A stretch of 64,000 nt of DNA, taken from a candidate division TA06 bacterium. GTDB taxonomy: Bacteria > Hydrothermota > DG-26 > E44-bin18. The notes beneath the pieces are model-generated. The model searched no databases. It saw nothing but the letters and a program-made list of their open reading frames with translations, and had not been told where the DNA came from. Each line of letters begins with the position of its first letter. The stretch's first letter is position 1. Of the stretch, positions 34,764 to 47,926 are shown one piece after another. The stretch is taken from assembly GCA_004376575.1 (NCBI GenBank), contig SOJN01000148.1:2-64001 (forward strand), given 5' to 3'. A program made the translations under genes and the position numbers.

Positions 34764-35076
34764 ACCTCCCTGTGCCAGCCTCTTTTTTCTTATCCCTGTT
34801 TCTTTCTTCATAGCGTCTGAGCTGCCTGGACATCTTATCAACCGCGTCTTCGATCACATCTACAAGGTCGAATCCCTTCGATTTGGCACTGAAGACCTTG
34901 CGTCGGGCAGTCACATTCAATTCAAGAAGCAAACCTCTCCCGTCCTTTTCGACTATCACGTGGGTACTGACTAGGTGTCTTGAGAATCTGGCAAGTTTTT
35001 CTACTTTGGCTTCGAGCATCCTCCGAACTTCCCCATTAACAAGAATACCGTGTCTAACGGTCACGTCCACATCCAT
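34705..35076 (-). CDS. hpf: Ribosome hibernation-promoting factor / sigma-54 modulation protein (Hpf/RaiA)
   Basis: MDVDVTVRHGILVNGEVRRMLEAKVEKL... typical Hpf N-terminus. Conserved position between rpoN and hprK. Confidence 0.8.
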   Translation of the reverse strand: MDVDVTVRHGILVNGEVRRMLEAKVEKLARFSRHLVSTHVIVEKDGRGLLLELNVTARRKVFSAKSKGFDLVDVIEDAVDKMSRQLRRYEERNRDKKKEAGTGRYDDKGEEHKDSLDSFGQGE

Positions 35077-35077
35077 C

Positions 35078-35887
35078 CTACGATCCCCCTTTCAACCTGA
35101 TAGTCCATAAAATGAAACTGGCTACACCAACAAACCAACAGTAAAAAGAAAAGTAGGATAATCCGCCCTTCCTCACCAGGGCGAGCAATAACCTAACAGC
35201 GGCATATCCCACAACGAAGGCGCAGACCATGCCTACGAGATAATGGGACAGGGACTCCAATCCAACCTCTGACATTCTGAAGAAGTCGTAGACACTGATG
35301 ATAAGAATTGCAGGAACGGCAAGGAGGAAAGCGAAGTCGGCCGCCTCTGACTTGTTCATTCCCCTGAAAATACCTGTACTTATCGTCACGCCAGACCTGG
35401 AAATCCCTGGAAGAAGCGCGAATGCCTGCGCAAATCCAACCAAGATGGAGTCGAGAACTCCTATTTTTTGTCTCCTCTCCCTGGAAAAGCGAGTGAGAAA
35501 GAGAATGATCCCCGTCACGAGAAACAAAATACTTATTGTGTATACTCTGTCAAACAGATTCTCTATGAGCTCGTGAAAGAAGTAACCGAAGAATAAAGCT
35601 GGCACCGTTCCAATTGCAAGATACCCAATAAAAAGTAGATTGCCAGCGTCACCCGGACGCCTCTTCCCTACTACTGCTCTGGCTGAGGATGCCAGCAGCG
35701 CGCTGAGCTTCCTGTAATAGACGCCCACCAGCGCGAGAAGAGTGCCAAAGTGGAGGAAAATCTCCATGTGTATATCGGGAGGTCGACCGCCCATCAGCTT
35801 TTGAGCCAGCGCCAGGTGACCTGAACTGGATACGGGCAGAAACTCCGTAAGCCCCTGAATCAAACCGAGGATTATTGCTCGAACCAC
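35078..35887 (-). CDS. uppP: Undecaprenyl-diphosphatase
   Basis: GLTEFLPVSSSGHL and ISRSG motifs. Polytopic membrane protein. Confidence 0.9.
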   Translation of the reverse strand: MVRAIILGLIQGLTEFLPVSSSGHLALAQKLMGGRPPDIHMEIFLHFGTLLALVGVYYRKLSALLASSARAVVGKRRPGDAGNLLFIGYLAIGTVPALFFGYFFHELIENLFDRVYTISILFLVTGIILFLTRFSRERRQKIGVLDSILVGFAQAFALLPGISRSGVTISTGIFRGMNKSEAADFAFLLAVPAILIISVYDFFRMSEVGLESLSHYLVGMVCAFVVGYAAVRLLLALVRKGGLSYFSFYCWFVGVASFILWTIRLKGGS

Positions 35888-35902
35888 AGTGAGAGTCTCC
35901 CC

Positions 35903-36757
35903 TCAAATCCTGCCTACAACAAGAGCCACGAGGCCGGCGACCATGTCCATTTTGAGCAACGTAGACGCCCGGCTTGTGCTCATCCAACTCCTGCGAGCTA
36001 TCAAGGAAGCAACGATAACTGCCACGACCAGATCGACACCAACCAGAACAAATATCAGATAGAGCGCTCCGTAGAGACCAAACACAAACGGCAACGGTGT
36101 CACCAATATGAGCAAGGCGAAAACCGCTGCAGAAAGGAGAACCCCTGCTCGTTCACCGAACAGAACAGGGAAGGTCCTTGCTTGCACACTTCTATCTCCC
36201 TTCACGTCTGCAACATCCTTCACTATTTCTCTGCCCAGATGAAAGAGGAAGGCAAACGCAGCAGGGAACAGTGCTCCCACAGGATTTCTGACCGCCACAC
36301 CTCCATAGATGAAAGCGAGTGCGGTAAGCATGCTGACCAGGAGGTTCCCCCACAACCCCTGCCTCTTCAACCACACGGCATAAGCAACCAGCAGCGCACA
36401 GCAAGAAATGGCCATCAATAACGCGGAGAAACTTATCAGCCAGGAGAGTAGGATGCCCAGCGAGAAGAGTAATACGCCAATAATAGAAGCAGCTCTACGG
36501 GTGAGCAGCCCGGAGGGTATAGGCCTTTTCGGATTGTTGATGGAATCAGTCTCTGAGTCAGACACGTCGTTTATTGCGTTTCCGGCACCAAGAATCATTC
36601 CCGCAGATACGCATGCCAGAAGAACCTTCAACGCCAATAAGGTGCCGGAAAGGTAGGACCCGATTGCAACAGATATACCTACGATCAACACATTGACAGG
36701 CCTGATTATGCCCAAGCAGCCCCTGATTCTGTCAGCAAACCTGAGGTCGTTTCTCAT
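35903..36757 (-). CDS. UbiA-family aromatic prenyltransferase
   Basis: 284 aa, ~8 TM segments, Asp-rich NAINDVSDSETD motif. Confidence 0.7.
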   Translation of the reverse strand: MRNDLRFADRIRGCLGIIRPVNVLIVGISVAIGSYLSGTLLALKVLLACVSAGMILGAGNAINDVSDSETDSINNPKRPIPSGLLTRRAASIIGVLLFSLGILLSWLISFSALLMAISCCALLVAYAVWLKRQGLWGNLLVSMLTALAFIYGGVAVRNPVGALFPAAFAFLFHLGREIVKDVADVKGDRSVQARTFPVLFGERAGVLLSAAVFALLILVTPLPFVFGLYGALYLIFVLVGVDLVVAVIVASLIARRSWMSTSRASTLLKMDMVAGLVALVVGRI

Positions 36758-36772
36758 AGGCTTCTTCTGGGC

Positions 36773-38356
36773 TTAGATATCCATCCTTACCGAAAGGTTC
36801 CACTGCAACCAGTCCATAGGTTTTTCAGGGGTCATCCCAAAGGCGGTGGGGTTTTTTATCCTTCTATATTCTACACCGGCCTTCAAAAACAACCACCACG
36901 CTGGCCTGTATGATACGTCTGCTGACAGGCAGTTGCAGGTCTCTACTTTGCCTGAGGGAAAAAATGGACGGGGCTCGCCCAGCTCCTCTTCCCACGACAA
37001 ATCGACCGTCCCCTCCCCGTGTCTCAGGTACATGTAGCGGAGAAAGCCCTCAAAGAATATTGACGGACGATGAGATATCTCCAAAATGAGCCTGTCAGAA
37101 TCAGGTCCCAGCATCTCACCTATGGGGGTCCCGGAATGAACGTACTTGTTGCTCGAATCTCTGTGTGTGTATACCCACTTGTTGAGCCGAGTGTATTCGC
37201 ACTTCAGGTCAGAATCGGGAAGTCCAAGGGGATCGGCAACGTGCAGTCCGACCACTCCTGCCAGCTTGTCCGGAGCGCGCGCTCCCCTTTCATACTGAAC
37301 GTCATCAATGAGAAACTCGCCATAGAGCCTGACGCCTCCCAGGGCATAGGTGACCAGGTCGAAAAGCCATAGAGTGTTATCATCCTGGTGCATATTGTGC
37401 TCGGCTGCATAGTAGGGGATGATCGGATTGACATACTGAGGCTCGGGAAAAGATCTACGGTGGTAAACGACAGCTTCCGATATTCCAAATACCGTCTTCA
37501 GGGGAAGCTGGAGGCTCAATCTATGCACAGAAAGGTATATGCCTTCATCAGGTGAGAGGACCGCAGTGAAGCCTCTGGCTGAGATACGCCACAGATCTGC
37601 ATTTAAGGCAATCAAGTCGAGCGGCTCTCCGCTGGGCGATACAAGGAGTGTTCCGAACCTTCCCGGCCCCCACCAGAATCTGTCCCTACCCAGTTCGAGC
37701 TGAATGGGTCCGGTCTTAAGCTTAAAGTACGCCCTGTCGATTTCGGCAGTTCCTCTCTTCCACACCCTCGTTCCCCGGCCTGAATATGTGGAACCAATGT
37801 CCTCATCCCCCTCAATCAAGGAAAAGGTGAGCCGCTCATTGTAGGCAAGCCTCTCGTTCAGTTGCCCATACGTCTCAAAACCCAAGGAAGTTGTCGAAAC
37901 CGTCAGTAAGGTATCAAACAGGGTAGAGTCATTCTTCAGTTCTGCCCTGGAAATAAGAAGTGATTCTTCCAGATACACATCGAAGTTCACCCGGCTTTCA
38001 CCTTTGTCAAAGCGTAGTACAGGCATATCCTGGTACCTGTAGCCTTCTCTTGCGTCTGTGCCCAGCTCCTTTGCAAACTCAGTCTTCAATCTGGCAAGAT
38101 AGTGCCGATCTATAGAGCTGATTGCTGCTTCTCCTTGCTCCGCCTCTTTGAGAAAAGGCTCGAGCGCTTCAGCTATCTTTCCTCGCGTTAAGGGCCTCGC
38201 CTCCGTGTCAACGTATATGTAGCTCTTTGCCACGAATCTGTCCAGGATCGGATAGACCCAGCTGTCCACTTCAACATTTACCAGACTCTGGGGATTTGCT
38301 ATTGCTGCAACTAGAAGGGAAAGCAGAACTGGAAGGCAAACAGCTTTTGCCATCAA
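36773..38356 (-). CDS. Secreted/outer-membrane protein of unknown function (signal peptide; aromatic-rich, possibly beta-barrel, Wzi-like?)
   Basis: MMAKAVCLPVLLSLLVAAIANPQ signal peptide. 527 aa, Trp/Tyr-rich, no recognisable catalytic motifs. Confidence 0.4.
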   Translation of the reverse strand: MMAKAVCLPVLLSLLVAAIANPQSLVNVEVDSWVYPILDRFVAKSYIYVDTEARPLTRGKIAEALEPFLKEAEQGEAAISSIDRHYLARLKTEFAKELGTDAREGYRYQDMPVLRFDKGESRVNFDVYLEESLLISRAELKNDSTLFDTLLTVSTTSLGFETYGQLNERLAYNERLTFSLIEGDEDIGSTYSGRGTRVWKRGTAEIDRAYFKLKTGPIQLELGRDRFWWGPGRFGTLLVSPSGEPLDLIALNADLWRISARGFTAVLSPDEGIYLSVHRLSLQLPLKTVFGISEAVVYHRRSFPEPQYVNPIIPYYAAEHNMHQDDNTLWLFDLVTYALGGVRLYGEFLIDDVQYERGARAPDKLAGVVGLHVADPLGLPDSDLKCEYTRLNKWVYTHRDSSNKYVHSGTPIGEMLGPDSDRLILEISHRPSIFFEGFLRYMYLRHGEGTVDLSWEEELGEPRPFFPSGKVETCNCLSADVSYRPAWWLFLKAGVEYRRIKNPTAFGMTPEKPMDWLQWNLSVRMDI

Positions 38357-38463
38357 ACCTCGCTACCTGACCGCGGGCACCCACACATATGCAATGCGCT
38401 CGCCAGGGCTGAATTGGCACGATCGATACCTGAGGGAGCCGGCATCAACGAGCAGCACAAGCT

Positions 38464-39843
38464 TCAAGGTTCCCTTCTCATTTTTGAAGGTAGAATTCTC
38501 AACTCATCCCTGTACTTCCCCACGGTCCTCCTTGCCACCTCAAAACCCTCACTCTGAAGAACCTCTGAAATTCTCTTATCACTCAGGGGCTTCTTCTTGT
38601 CCTCATTCTTGATCAGTTCTCCAATCCTTGCTCTCACTGATCTGGAAGAAACTTCCTCTGTCCGATACGACTTGACGGCGCCAGAAAAGAAGAATTTGAG
38701 ATTGAATACACCCTGTGGAGTTTGAATATACTTCCCTCTTATCACTCTGCTAACGGTAGATTCGTGGATCCCCAGCGCATCAGCTACCGTCCTCAGAGTC
38801 ATGGGTTTCAAACTGGTCACACCCCTCTCCAGAAAATCGTTCTGGGTCTCACAAATGAAGCTCATCACCTTCATTATCGTCCGCCTTCTCTCATCCAGTC
38901 CATTGATGAGAAAACGGGCAGAGGCAAGTCTTTTTCTCACAAATTCCCTTTCTTTTTTGGATCTACCTCTCCGGCCGGAGAGCACTTCCTTGTAGGATCT
39001 GCTGATTCTAAGATGCGGAATGTTCGTCTCGTTCAAGAAAACCCTGAATTCATCCTCAGTTCGCTCTATCATCACATCAGGAGTCACGTACCGAACCGCT
39101 GAGCCCCACGCGCCGCTTCCCGGCCTGGGCTGAAGCGCAGAGATGACTCCTATCGCCTTTTGCAGAACCTTCTCGTTTACCCTCAGACTCCTGGCAATGG
39201 CTTGATACCTCTTGTTCTTCAGATCGTTCAGATGCCCCTCTACGATTTTGACCTCTAGTCCACCATCTTTTCCACTGTTGCGAAGCTGAATTAGCAGGCA
39301 CTCCTTGAGTTCTCTCGCCCCCACACCAGGTGGATCCAGACTCTGCACCAGAGCAAGTGCATCTTCGACCTTCTCAACTTCAACACTTAGCGCCGTGGCT
39401 ATTTCTTCCACGTTCACAGAACGCAGGTATCCGTCGTCATCAAGACTGTCCACAATGTATTCGCCGATAAGCATCTGCTCATTCGATTCTGCCTTCAGGT
39501 GAACCTGTGTAATAAGATGATCCCTGAGGCTCGCAGGCACTTCAGGAATCTGCTGGGTGAAGTCCTCTGTTTTTCTCCTATCTGGCTTGTAGGCGGAATC
39601 CAGACCGTCCTGGAGGAACTCAGCCCATTCAAACTCGTCTTCTGGCTCAGAGTCCTCTGCGGTTTCTTCTTCGGGTTGATCCTCCTCCAGCTCCTCCTCA
39701 ACTTCCTCAAGAAGCGGGTTCTGCTGCAGTTCAAGTCTTATCAACTGCTCTAGTTCGAGCCTGGGAAGCTGCAGCAGCTTCAGCAGCTCTATTAGTTGTG
39801 GAGATAATTGTAGCCTTAGATCCAGTCTCAGTTCAGGTTCCAA
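38464..39843 (-). CDS. rpoN: RNA polymerase sigma-54 factor
   Basis: N-terminal Leu/Gln-rich region I, acidic region II, and C-terminal RpoN box ARRTVGKYRDEL with the HTH ...ADALGIHESTVSRV.... Confidence 0.9.
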   Translation of the reverse strand: MEPELRLDLRLQLSPQLIELLKLLQLPRLELEQLIRLELQQNPLLEEVEEELEEDQPEEETAEDSEPEDEFEWAEFLQDGLDSAYKPDRRKTEDFTQQIPEVPASLRDHLITQVHLKAESNEQMLIGEYIVDSLDDDGYLRSVNVEEIATALSVEVEKVEDALALVQSLDPPGVGARELKECLLIQLRNSGKDGGLEVKIVEGHLNDLKNKRYQAIARSLRVNEKVLQKAIGVISALQPRPGSGAWGSAVRYVTPDVMIERTEDEFRVFLNETNIPHLRISRSYKEVLSGRRGRSKKEREFVRKRLASARFLINGLDERRRTIMKVMSFICETQNDFLERGVTSLKPMTLRTVADALGIHESTVSRVIRGKYIQTPQGVFNLKFFFSGAVKSYRTEEVSSRSVRARIGELIKNEDKKKPLSDKRISEVLQSEGFEVARRTVGKYRDELRILPSKMRREP

Positions 39844-39864
39844 TTGAGCTTTCCCTTTCCGTCG

Positions 39865-40593
39865 TTACATCTTGAAGTCAGGACCAAGGTAGAGCTCTCT
39901 CGCCTTCTTGTCCTCTATGAGCTCGGTCGCGGTACCCGATAAGAGAATCTTCCCTTCATAGATTATATACGCTTTATCCGTAATTTCAAGTGTTTCTCGC
40001 ACATTGTGGTCGGTGATCAAGACCCCCAAGCCCTTCGCACGAAGTTGTCTGATTATCTCCTGTATGTCACCTCTGACAATAGGATCGATGCCGGTAAAAG
40101 GCTCATCCAGCAAAAGAAAGTGAGGGTCCGTGGTGAGCGCCCTGGCTATCTCCAGTCTCCTTCTCTCCCCGCCAGAAAGACTTCCGGCCACCTGGCGCCC
40201 AAGGTGAGTAATCTTGAGCTCCTTCATCAAATCGGAAAGCCTTTCTGCCTGTTCTGCCTTGCTCAGATTCATGGTCTGAAGAATCCCAAGTATGTTCTCC
40301 TCCACGGTCAGTTTTCTGAACACCGAGGGCTCCTGAGACAGATAGCCTATCCCCTTCCGGGCCCTCTGATACATGGGATGTCTGGTCAATTCTTCCTCGT
40401 CAAGATAGATCCTGCCACCGTCAGGCCTTATCATTCCCACTATCACGTAGAAGGTTGTTGTCTTACCAGCCCCATTGGGGCCTAGAAGGCCTACTATCTC
40501 ACCCTCAGCAACCTGTATGCTGACACTGTTGACCACCTTTTTCCCACGATAAGACTTGCTTACATTCTCTGTCCTGAGAACTGCCACTCTCAT
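39865..40593 (-). CDS. lptB: LPS export ABC transporter ATP-binding protein
   Basis: Walker A GPNGAGKTT, signature LSGGERRR, Walker B LLLDEP. Position between lptA and rpoN. Confidence 0.9.
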   Translation of the reverse strand: MRVAVLRTENVSKSYRGKKVVNSVSIQVAEGEIVGLLGPNGAGKTTTFYVIVGMIRPDGGRIYLDEEELTRHPMYQRARKGIGYLSQEPSVFRKLTVEENILGILQTMNLSKAEQAERLSDLMKELKITHLGRQVAGSLSGGERRRLEIARALTTDPHFLLLDEPFTGIDPIVRGDIQEIIRQLRAKGLGVLITDHNVRETLEITDKAYIIYEGKILLSGTATELIEDKKARELYLGPDFKM

Positions 40594-41618
40594 TCCCCTT
40601 TAGGTTTCATATGATAGGTACCTTTTGCTGAACCACTGACGGTCACTTGACTGACCTTACCCTCCTCAAAATCGACTATCATCTCATCTCCAGAGACCTC
40701 GTTCGTTTCCTGCTCGCTTATTCGATAGAATGCTTGGGCACCTGAGATCAAAACAGCTCTTCTGAGCTTCCTGTTCGTGAACTCAAGTGTCAGGCTGGCT
40801 GATTCCATTCTGTTTTCGTTTTCAGTAATGACTGGTTTACCCAGTAAGGTTGCAGTTTCATCTCTGCTCATGTACACTAGAGTGTCACAGGTCGCCACCA
40901 CGTCTCCCTGATATACTCTGACATCTCCTGTCACCAGCGCCTTTCCTTGTTTTGTGAATGTTTCCATCGTCTGTGCTGTGATGAGTATCCGTTCTTCTCC
41001 TGACGCAGTCAGGACAGGGCTTTCTTCCATTATGCCACGATCTTCTTCAAAATAGTACGTGCCCTTCCCTCCCTCGACATTCATATCATTCACTTTGTCT
41101 TTGAAGCTGACTGAGCCGGTGGCAACTGCGATGCGGCTGTCTCTGTGGTAGACCACCTCGTCGGCCTGCACCAACTGGCGTTCATCCTCTATCTTTACAA
41201 ACCCTCGGAGTAGAGCCTTCTTCTCACCCCGGTAGTACTCTGCGGTTTGAGAGGACATTATCGTTTCACCATCAACTATGTGAACTCCTCCTTCAAGAAT
41301 CGCTACATCCCTGGCTTCTATCGCCCTACCACACTGGCTGGTTATCACTGCTGGACCGTGAGTTATGGTCACCCCACCTCGAAGGAAAGTCACTCTCCCC
41401 TTCTTGGTATTTCTAACCTCCACCGTCTTCGCCCTTACCGTGTACTTCTCACCGGTACGCTCGAGGATCTGCTGGTTTTCTACAATACACGGCATCAAAA
41501 CAAGAATCAACATGGCCGACAATATGAACCATATCTTGAGGAATTGCAAACGTGCCTCACCAGGACCTTTCCGTTCAGCTCCTGGCCTATTCCAATTCCG
41601 AATCTTCTGTCTCCGCAC
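40590..41618 (-). CDS. lptA: LptA-family (OstA-like) periplasmic LPS transport protein, double-length
   Basis: 342 aa with repeated OstA-type beta-jellyroll segments. GTG start with AAGGA RBS. Synteny lptC-lptA-lptB. Confidence 0.55.
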   Translation of the reverse strand: MRRQKIRNWNRPGAERKGPGEARLQFLKIWFILSAMLILVLMPCIVENQQILERTGEKYTVRAKTVEVRNTKKGRVTFLRGGVTITHGPAVITSQCGRAIEARDVAILEGGVHIVDGETIMSSQTAEYYRGEKKALLRGFVKIEDERQLVQADEVVYHRDSRIAVATGSVSFKDKVNDMNVEGGKGTYYFEEDRGIMEESPVLTASGEERILITAQTMETFTKQGKALVTGDVRVYQGDVVATCDTLVYMSRDETATLLGKPVITENENRMESASLTLEFTNRKLRRAVLISGAQAFYRISEQETNEVSGDEMIVDFEEGKVSQVTVSGSAKGTYHMKPKGE

Positions 41619-42102
41619 GGAAGTTCCTTTGTATTTCTATGTGGTCAAGACCCGGGTCGGAGACCAGTCCATCTCCGGTTATGATGGTGCTCCCCTTGGT
41701 CACCCTGACTGAACCCTCAGTCCTTATCTTTTCCTCTTTGGAGACCCATTTCAGGCTGTCGGTCTCCAGAACAGCGCTGTCTCCAGAGACCACGCTAACG
41801 TGTCCCATGGCCTTCATGTCACCGCTTTCAAGATAGTAAATCCCGCTGTCTGACTTGAGAGTCGAGAATAGCTTTTCATCTCTGGAGTAAAACTCAATCT
41901 GCGTATCATACAGGTTTATCTGGCTCTTCTCCCTGTAACTCTTTGCCAATCTGGCCTTCAATACCCAGGCTTTTCTCCCTTCAACTGTCTGCGTGAGCGT
42001 GAAACCTTCAACAACTTCCAGAGCATCCGTCTGGATGGGCTCATTCTCACCGTACTGATTGTTGCAGCCTACGGCCATCAGGGACAATAGAAAAAAGGCC
42101 AT
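41587..42102 (-). CDS. lptC: LptC-like membrane-anchored LPS transport protein
   Basis: Single N-terminal TM (MAFFLLSLMAVGC) followed by a beta-rich domain. Synteny kdsC-(lpxL)-lptC-lptA. Start refined to the ATG at 42102 with AAGGA RBS. Confidence 0.5.
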   Translation of the reverse strand: MAFFLLSLMAVGCNNQYGENEPIQTDALEVVEGFTLTQTVEGRKAWVLKARLAKSYREKSQINLYDTQIEFYSRDEKLFSTLKSDSGIYYLESGDMKAMGHVSVVSGDSAVLETDSLKWVSKEEKIRTEGSVRVTKGSTIITGDGLVSDPGLDHIEIQRNFRAETEDSELE

Positions 42103-42181
42103 AGCGAATCCTTGAAAAGCGAAGACGCCCCCCGGCGCCCCTCTTATTGCAGAATTCTTCTTTGGTTTCGCTGAAGTGTCG

Positions 42182-43060
42182 TCAACTCTCGAATTTGTCA
42201 TGCATCCAAACCCATTCTGTGGGATGCTTCCGTATGAGGGCTTCCACAGCTTTTGAGCAGATCCTGGCACAGAAGGGTATGTCCTTCCTGGGATCTTTGG
42301 TCTTTTTGAAATCTATCGGGTCACATATCTCTATGATATGCTTTCCGTGACTTCCTCTATGAATGGCGAGCGGTACTATGGGTGCTTTCGCTCTCATTGA
42401 GAGAACCACGGGCCCCCTGGTCACCCTGCTTTTCCCTCCAAAGAAGTCGACGGGGACTCCAGACTGGTTCGCCCGCTCATCAATCAGGAGGCCAAGAGCT
42501 CTCCCTCTGTAAAGACACTTTAAAGCTCCTCGCCAGTTCCTATCATCAATGAATTCAATCCCTTTTTCAGCCCGGAACGAACGGACTATAGAATCTATCT
42601 TGGAATCGTAGACCCTCCTCCCCACGACACTAACCGGGTATCCGCAAAGAGAAAAGTATGCTGGCAATAACTCCCAGCAGCCAAGATGACCTGTTATCAC
42701 TATGAGCCCTCTTCCTCTGGCCATTGCCCTCTCAAACTTCTCCAGCCCCCTCACCGAAACAATGTCCTTCACGTTATTCTTACTTACAATGGGCAGCCTT
42801 AAGGTATCGGCCAGGTTTCTACCGAGCTGGATGAAAACCCTTCTGGTCATACTCAGGAGCTCTTTCTCAGACATCGAGTCTCCATAGCCTATCCTTAGAT
42901 TTTCGAGAGCCTTCCTGCTCTGTTTTGGGATGGCCAGGTAAATAAGGACCCCGGCAAAGGAGCCAATCCCTATGGCAGTGCTTCGGGAAACAGAGAGGAC
43001 AATGACGCTCAGGACCCTCACGCCCAGATATACGTACAGGTGTCTCAGCCTTCTCCTCAT
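42182..43060 (-). CDS. Lipid A biosynthesis (Kdo2)-lipid IVA acyltransferase (LpxL/LpxM family)
   Basis: 292 aa. N-terminal TM and HX4D-type acyltransferase region (ITGHLGCWEL). Located within the kds/lpt cluster. Confidence 0.65.
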   Translation of the reverse strand: MRRRLRHLYVYLGVRVLSVIVLSVSRSTAIGIGSFAGVLIYLAIPKQSRKALENLRIGYGDSMSEKELLSMTRRVFIQLGRNLADTLRLPIVSKNNVKDIVSVRGLEKFERAMARGRGLIVITGHLGCWELLPAYFSLCGYPVSVVGRRVYDSKIDSIVRSFRAEKGIEFIDDRNWRGALKCLYRGRALGLLIDERANQSGVPVDFFGGKSRVTRGPVVLSMRAKAPIVPLAIHRGSHGKHIIEICDPIDFKKTKDPRKDIPFCARICSKAVEALIRKHPTEWVWMHDKFES

Positions 43061-43061
43061 C

Positions 43062-44024
43062 CTAGACTACACCTGCCCTCATAAGGTCGTGCAAATGTAC
43101 TACACCAATAGGACATTTCTCACCATCCACAACCAGAAGGGCGGTGATACCGCGGTCCTCCATCATCTTCACCGCCTTCGCAGCCAGAGAGTTCTTATCT
43201 ATCGTCCTGGGGTTCCTGCTCATCACCTCTCCACATTTGAGCGAAAAGATGTCAGAGGTTTTCTCGAGGAGTCTCCTCAGATCACCATCCGTTATGACAC
43301 CCACGAGCTTACCACCGTCATCCACCACAGAGGTTATGCCTCTCTTTGAGGTCATCTCGAGGATTGCTTCCTTCATGGGGGAGTCATGTTTCACTTTGGG
43401 TACATACGTGCCCGTCAGCATCATATCCTCTACCTGGGCAAGTTTTTTCCCCAGCCTGCCACCGGGATGGAGTTTAGCAAAATCTTCCGGCTTGAAGTCC
43501 CTCAGGCTGAGGAGGGCAACTGCCATGGCATCGCCCATAACGAGAGCCGCAGTAGTCGAAGACGTAGGAACAAGACCATGGGGACATGCTTCTGAATCGA
43601 CAGAGACATCCAGTACAATGTCTGCACTCCTGGCAAGCCTGGAGTCAAGATCTCCTATGAGCCCTATGATCAATACCCCCAGACGCTTAAATACAGGTAT
43701 CAACTGATTAACCTCTTCTGTCTCCCCACTCTTGGATATTGCGACAGCCACATCATTTTCGCTGACAAGGCCGATGTCCCCATGAATCCCTTCTGCCGGA
43801 TGTAAAAAGAATGACGGTGTTCCGGTCGATGAAAAAGTAGCAGCCACCTTCTTGGCAATAATACCCGATTTTCCCATACCAGTGACGACCACCCTTCCCT
43901 TGCAGGAGAATATGAGCTTGACCGCATCCTCAAACGACTTGCCTATGCGGTCCACGAGTCCGCTCACTGCGAGGCACTCTTTTCTTATCGCTTCCTTCCC
44001 TGCCTCGATTACCTTATTTTTCAT
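43062..44024 (-). CDS. kdsD: Arabinose-5-phosphate isomerase (SIS + tandem CBS domains)
   Basis: SIS motif VVVTGMGKSGIIAKKVAATFSSTG. C-terminal CBS pair. Start set at MKNKVIEAG to abut the kdsC stop. Confidence 0.85.
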   Translation of the reverse strand: MKNKVIEAGKEAIRKECLAVSGLVDRIGKSFEDAVKLIFSCKGRVVVTGMGKSGIIAKKVAATFSSTGTPSFFLHPAEGIHGDIGLVSENDVAVAISKSGETEEVNQLIPVFKRLGVLIIGLIGDLDSRLARSADIVLDVSVDSEACPHGLVPTSSTTAALVMGDAMAVALLSLRDFKPEDFAKLHPGGRLGKKLAQVEDMMLTGTYVPKVKHDSPMKEAILEMTSKRGITSVVDDGGKLVGVITDGDLRRLLEKTSDIFSLKCGEVMSRNPRTIDKNSLAAKAVKMMEDRGITALLVVDGEKCPIGVVHLHDLMRAGVV

Positions 44025-44541
44025 TCCAACTCTGCCAGATACTTGTTGAGCGTCTCCTCCCACACCCCTTTGGCCTTCAAAATGGCTTCCACCGCTTCCC
44101 TCACTGCACCCTCTCCACCTCCACTCTCGGTTACCAGAACGGCAACCTCCTTCACCTCCGGCATCGCATTTGCCACCGCAATGGGCAACCCAACCTTCCT
44201 CATGGGCACAATGTCAACTATATCGTCTCCAATATATGCCACTTCTTCTGCCGAGAACCCATAGCGCCGCATTATCTCCTTCAAACAGTCCCACTTTCTT
44301 TTCACTCCCTGGTGCAGCTCTATGATACCCAGGTCCGTTGCCCTTCTCGAAACTGGTTCAGACTCTCTCACACTGATGAACGCTATTTCCAGTCTTGCCC
44401 TCCTCGCAAGAGTGATACCCATGCCATCCACAACAGCAAACTGCTTCTCTTCTGAGTCAGAAGAATAGATTATTTTCCCGTCAGTGAGCACACCATCAAC
44501 ATCGATGGCTATCAGCCTTATCTTTTCTGCCTTCTCTTTCA

Positions 44542-44542
<1 letters not shown>
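44021..44542 (-). CDS. kdsC: 3-deoxy-D-manno-octulosonate 8-phosphate phosphatase
   Basis: HAD motif IAIDVDGVLTDG. 173 aa. Confidence 0.85.
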
Positions 44543-47165
<2,623 letters not shown>

Positions 47166-47180
47166 TCAGTTATTGGTCTC

Positions 47181-47924
47181 TCACGCTCTGGATTTCTCCT
47201 CCCGGAGTACTTGTTCCACACGTTCAATGTCTTCCGGCGTGTCGACTGCCGGACCCCACTCACTGACTTTAACCACGCGGATCCGCACTCCCTGTTCAAG
47301 GGCCCGGAGCTGTTCAAGCCCCTCCGCAATCTCAAGAGGACTGGGAGGAGACGCAGCAAGCCTGTCCAATACATCACGCCTGTAACCATACACACCTACG
47401 TGCTTATAGAACTCAAAAGGATGAGATCCTATCACATAGGGAATCTTTGAGCGAGAAAAGTAGATGGCCTCATCATTCATGTCAAGAACAACTTTTGCGC
47501 ATGAGTCGCTTTCCAGCTCAGTCGGGTCAGCAATCTTGCAGGCAAGAGTTGCCATTCCCACGGCCGGGTTGGATGTCATCTCGCTCACCAACTTGTCAAT
47601 AGATTCCGGCCTCAAGAGAGGCTCATCCCCCTGGATGTTGACGACAACTGAGCCAGGTACTTTCGAAATAGCCTCTGCAACCCTATCAGTCCCTGTTGGA
47701 TGTTCCGTTGAAGTCATGACAACCTTGGCTCCAAAGCCCTTTGCTGCCTCGGCAACGCGGTCATCATCTGTTGCTATGAGGAGCTCAGTGATGAGTCGGC
47801 AGGAGCTCGCCCTCTCATACACGTGCTGCAACATTGGCCTGCCCAGGATGGAGGCCAGTGGTTTGCCCGGGAACCTCACAGAATTCCACCGCGCCGGAAT
47901 GACCCCTATGACACCCCCTCCCAC
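47181..47924 (-). CDS. kdsB: 3-deoxy-manno-octulosonate cytidylyltransferase
   Basis: VIGVIPARWNSVRFPGKPL N-terminus. 247 aa. Confidence 0.9.
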   Translation of the reverse strand: MGGGVIGVIPARWNSVRFPGKPLASILGRPMLQHVYERASSCRLITELLIATDDDRVAEAAKGFGAKVVMTSTEHPTGTDRVAEAISKVPGSVVVNIQGDEPLLRPESIDKLVSEMTSNPAVGMATLACKIADPTELESDSCAKVVLDMNDEAIYFSRSKIPYVIGSHPFEFYKHVGVYGYRRDVLDRLAASPPSPLEIAEGLEQLRALEQGVRIRVVKVSEWGPAVDTPEDIERVEQVLREEKSRA

Positions 47925-47926
47925 TT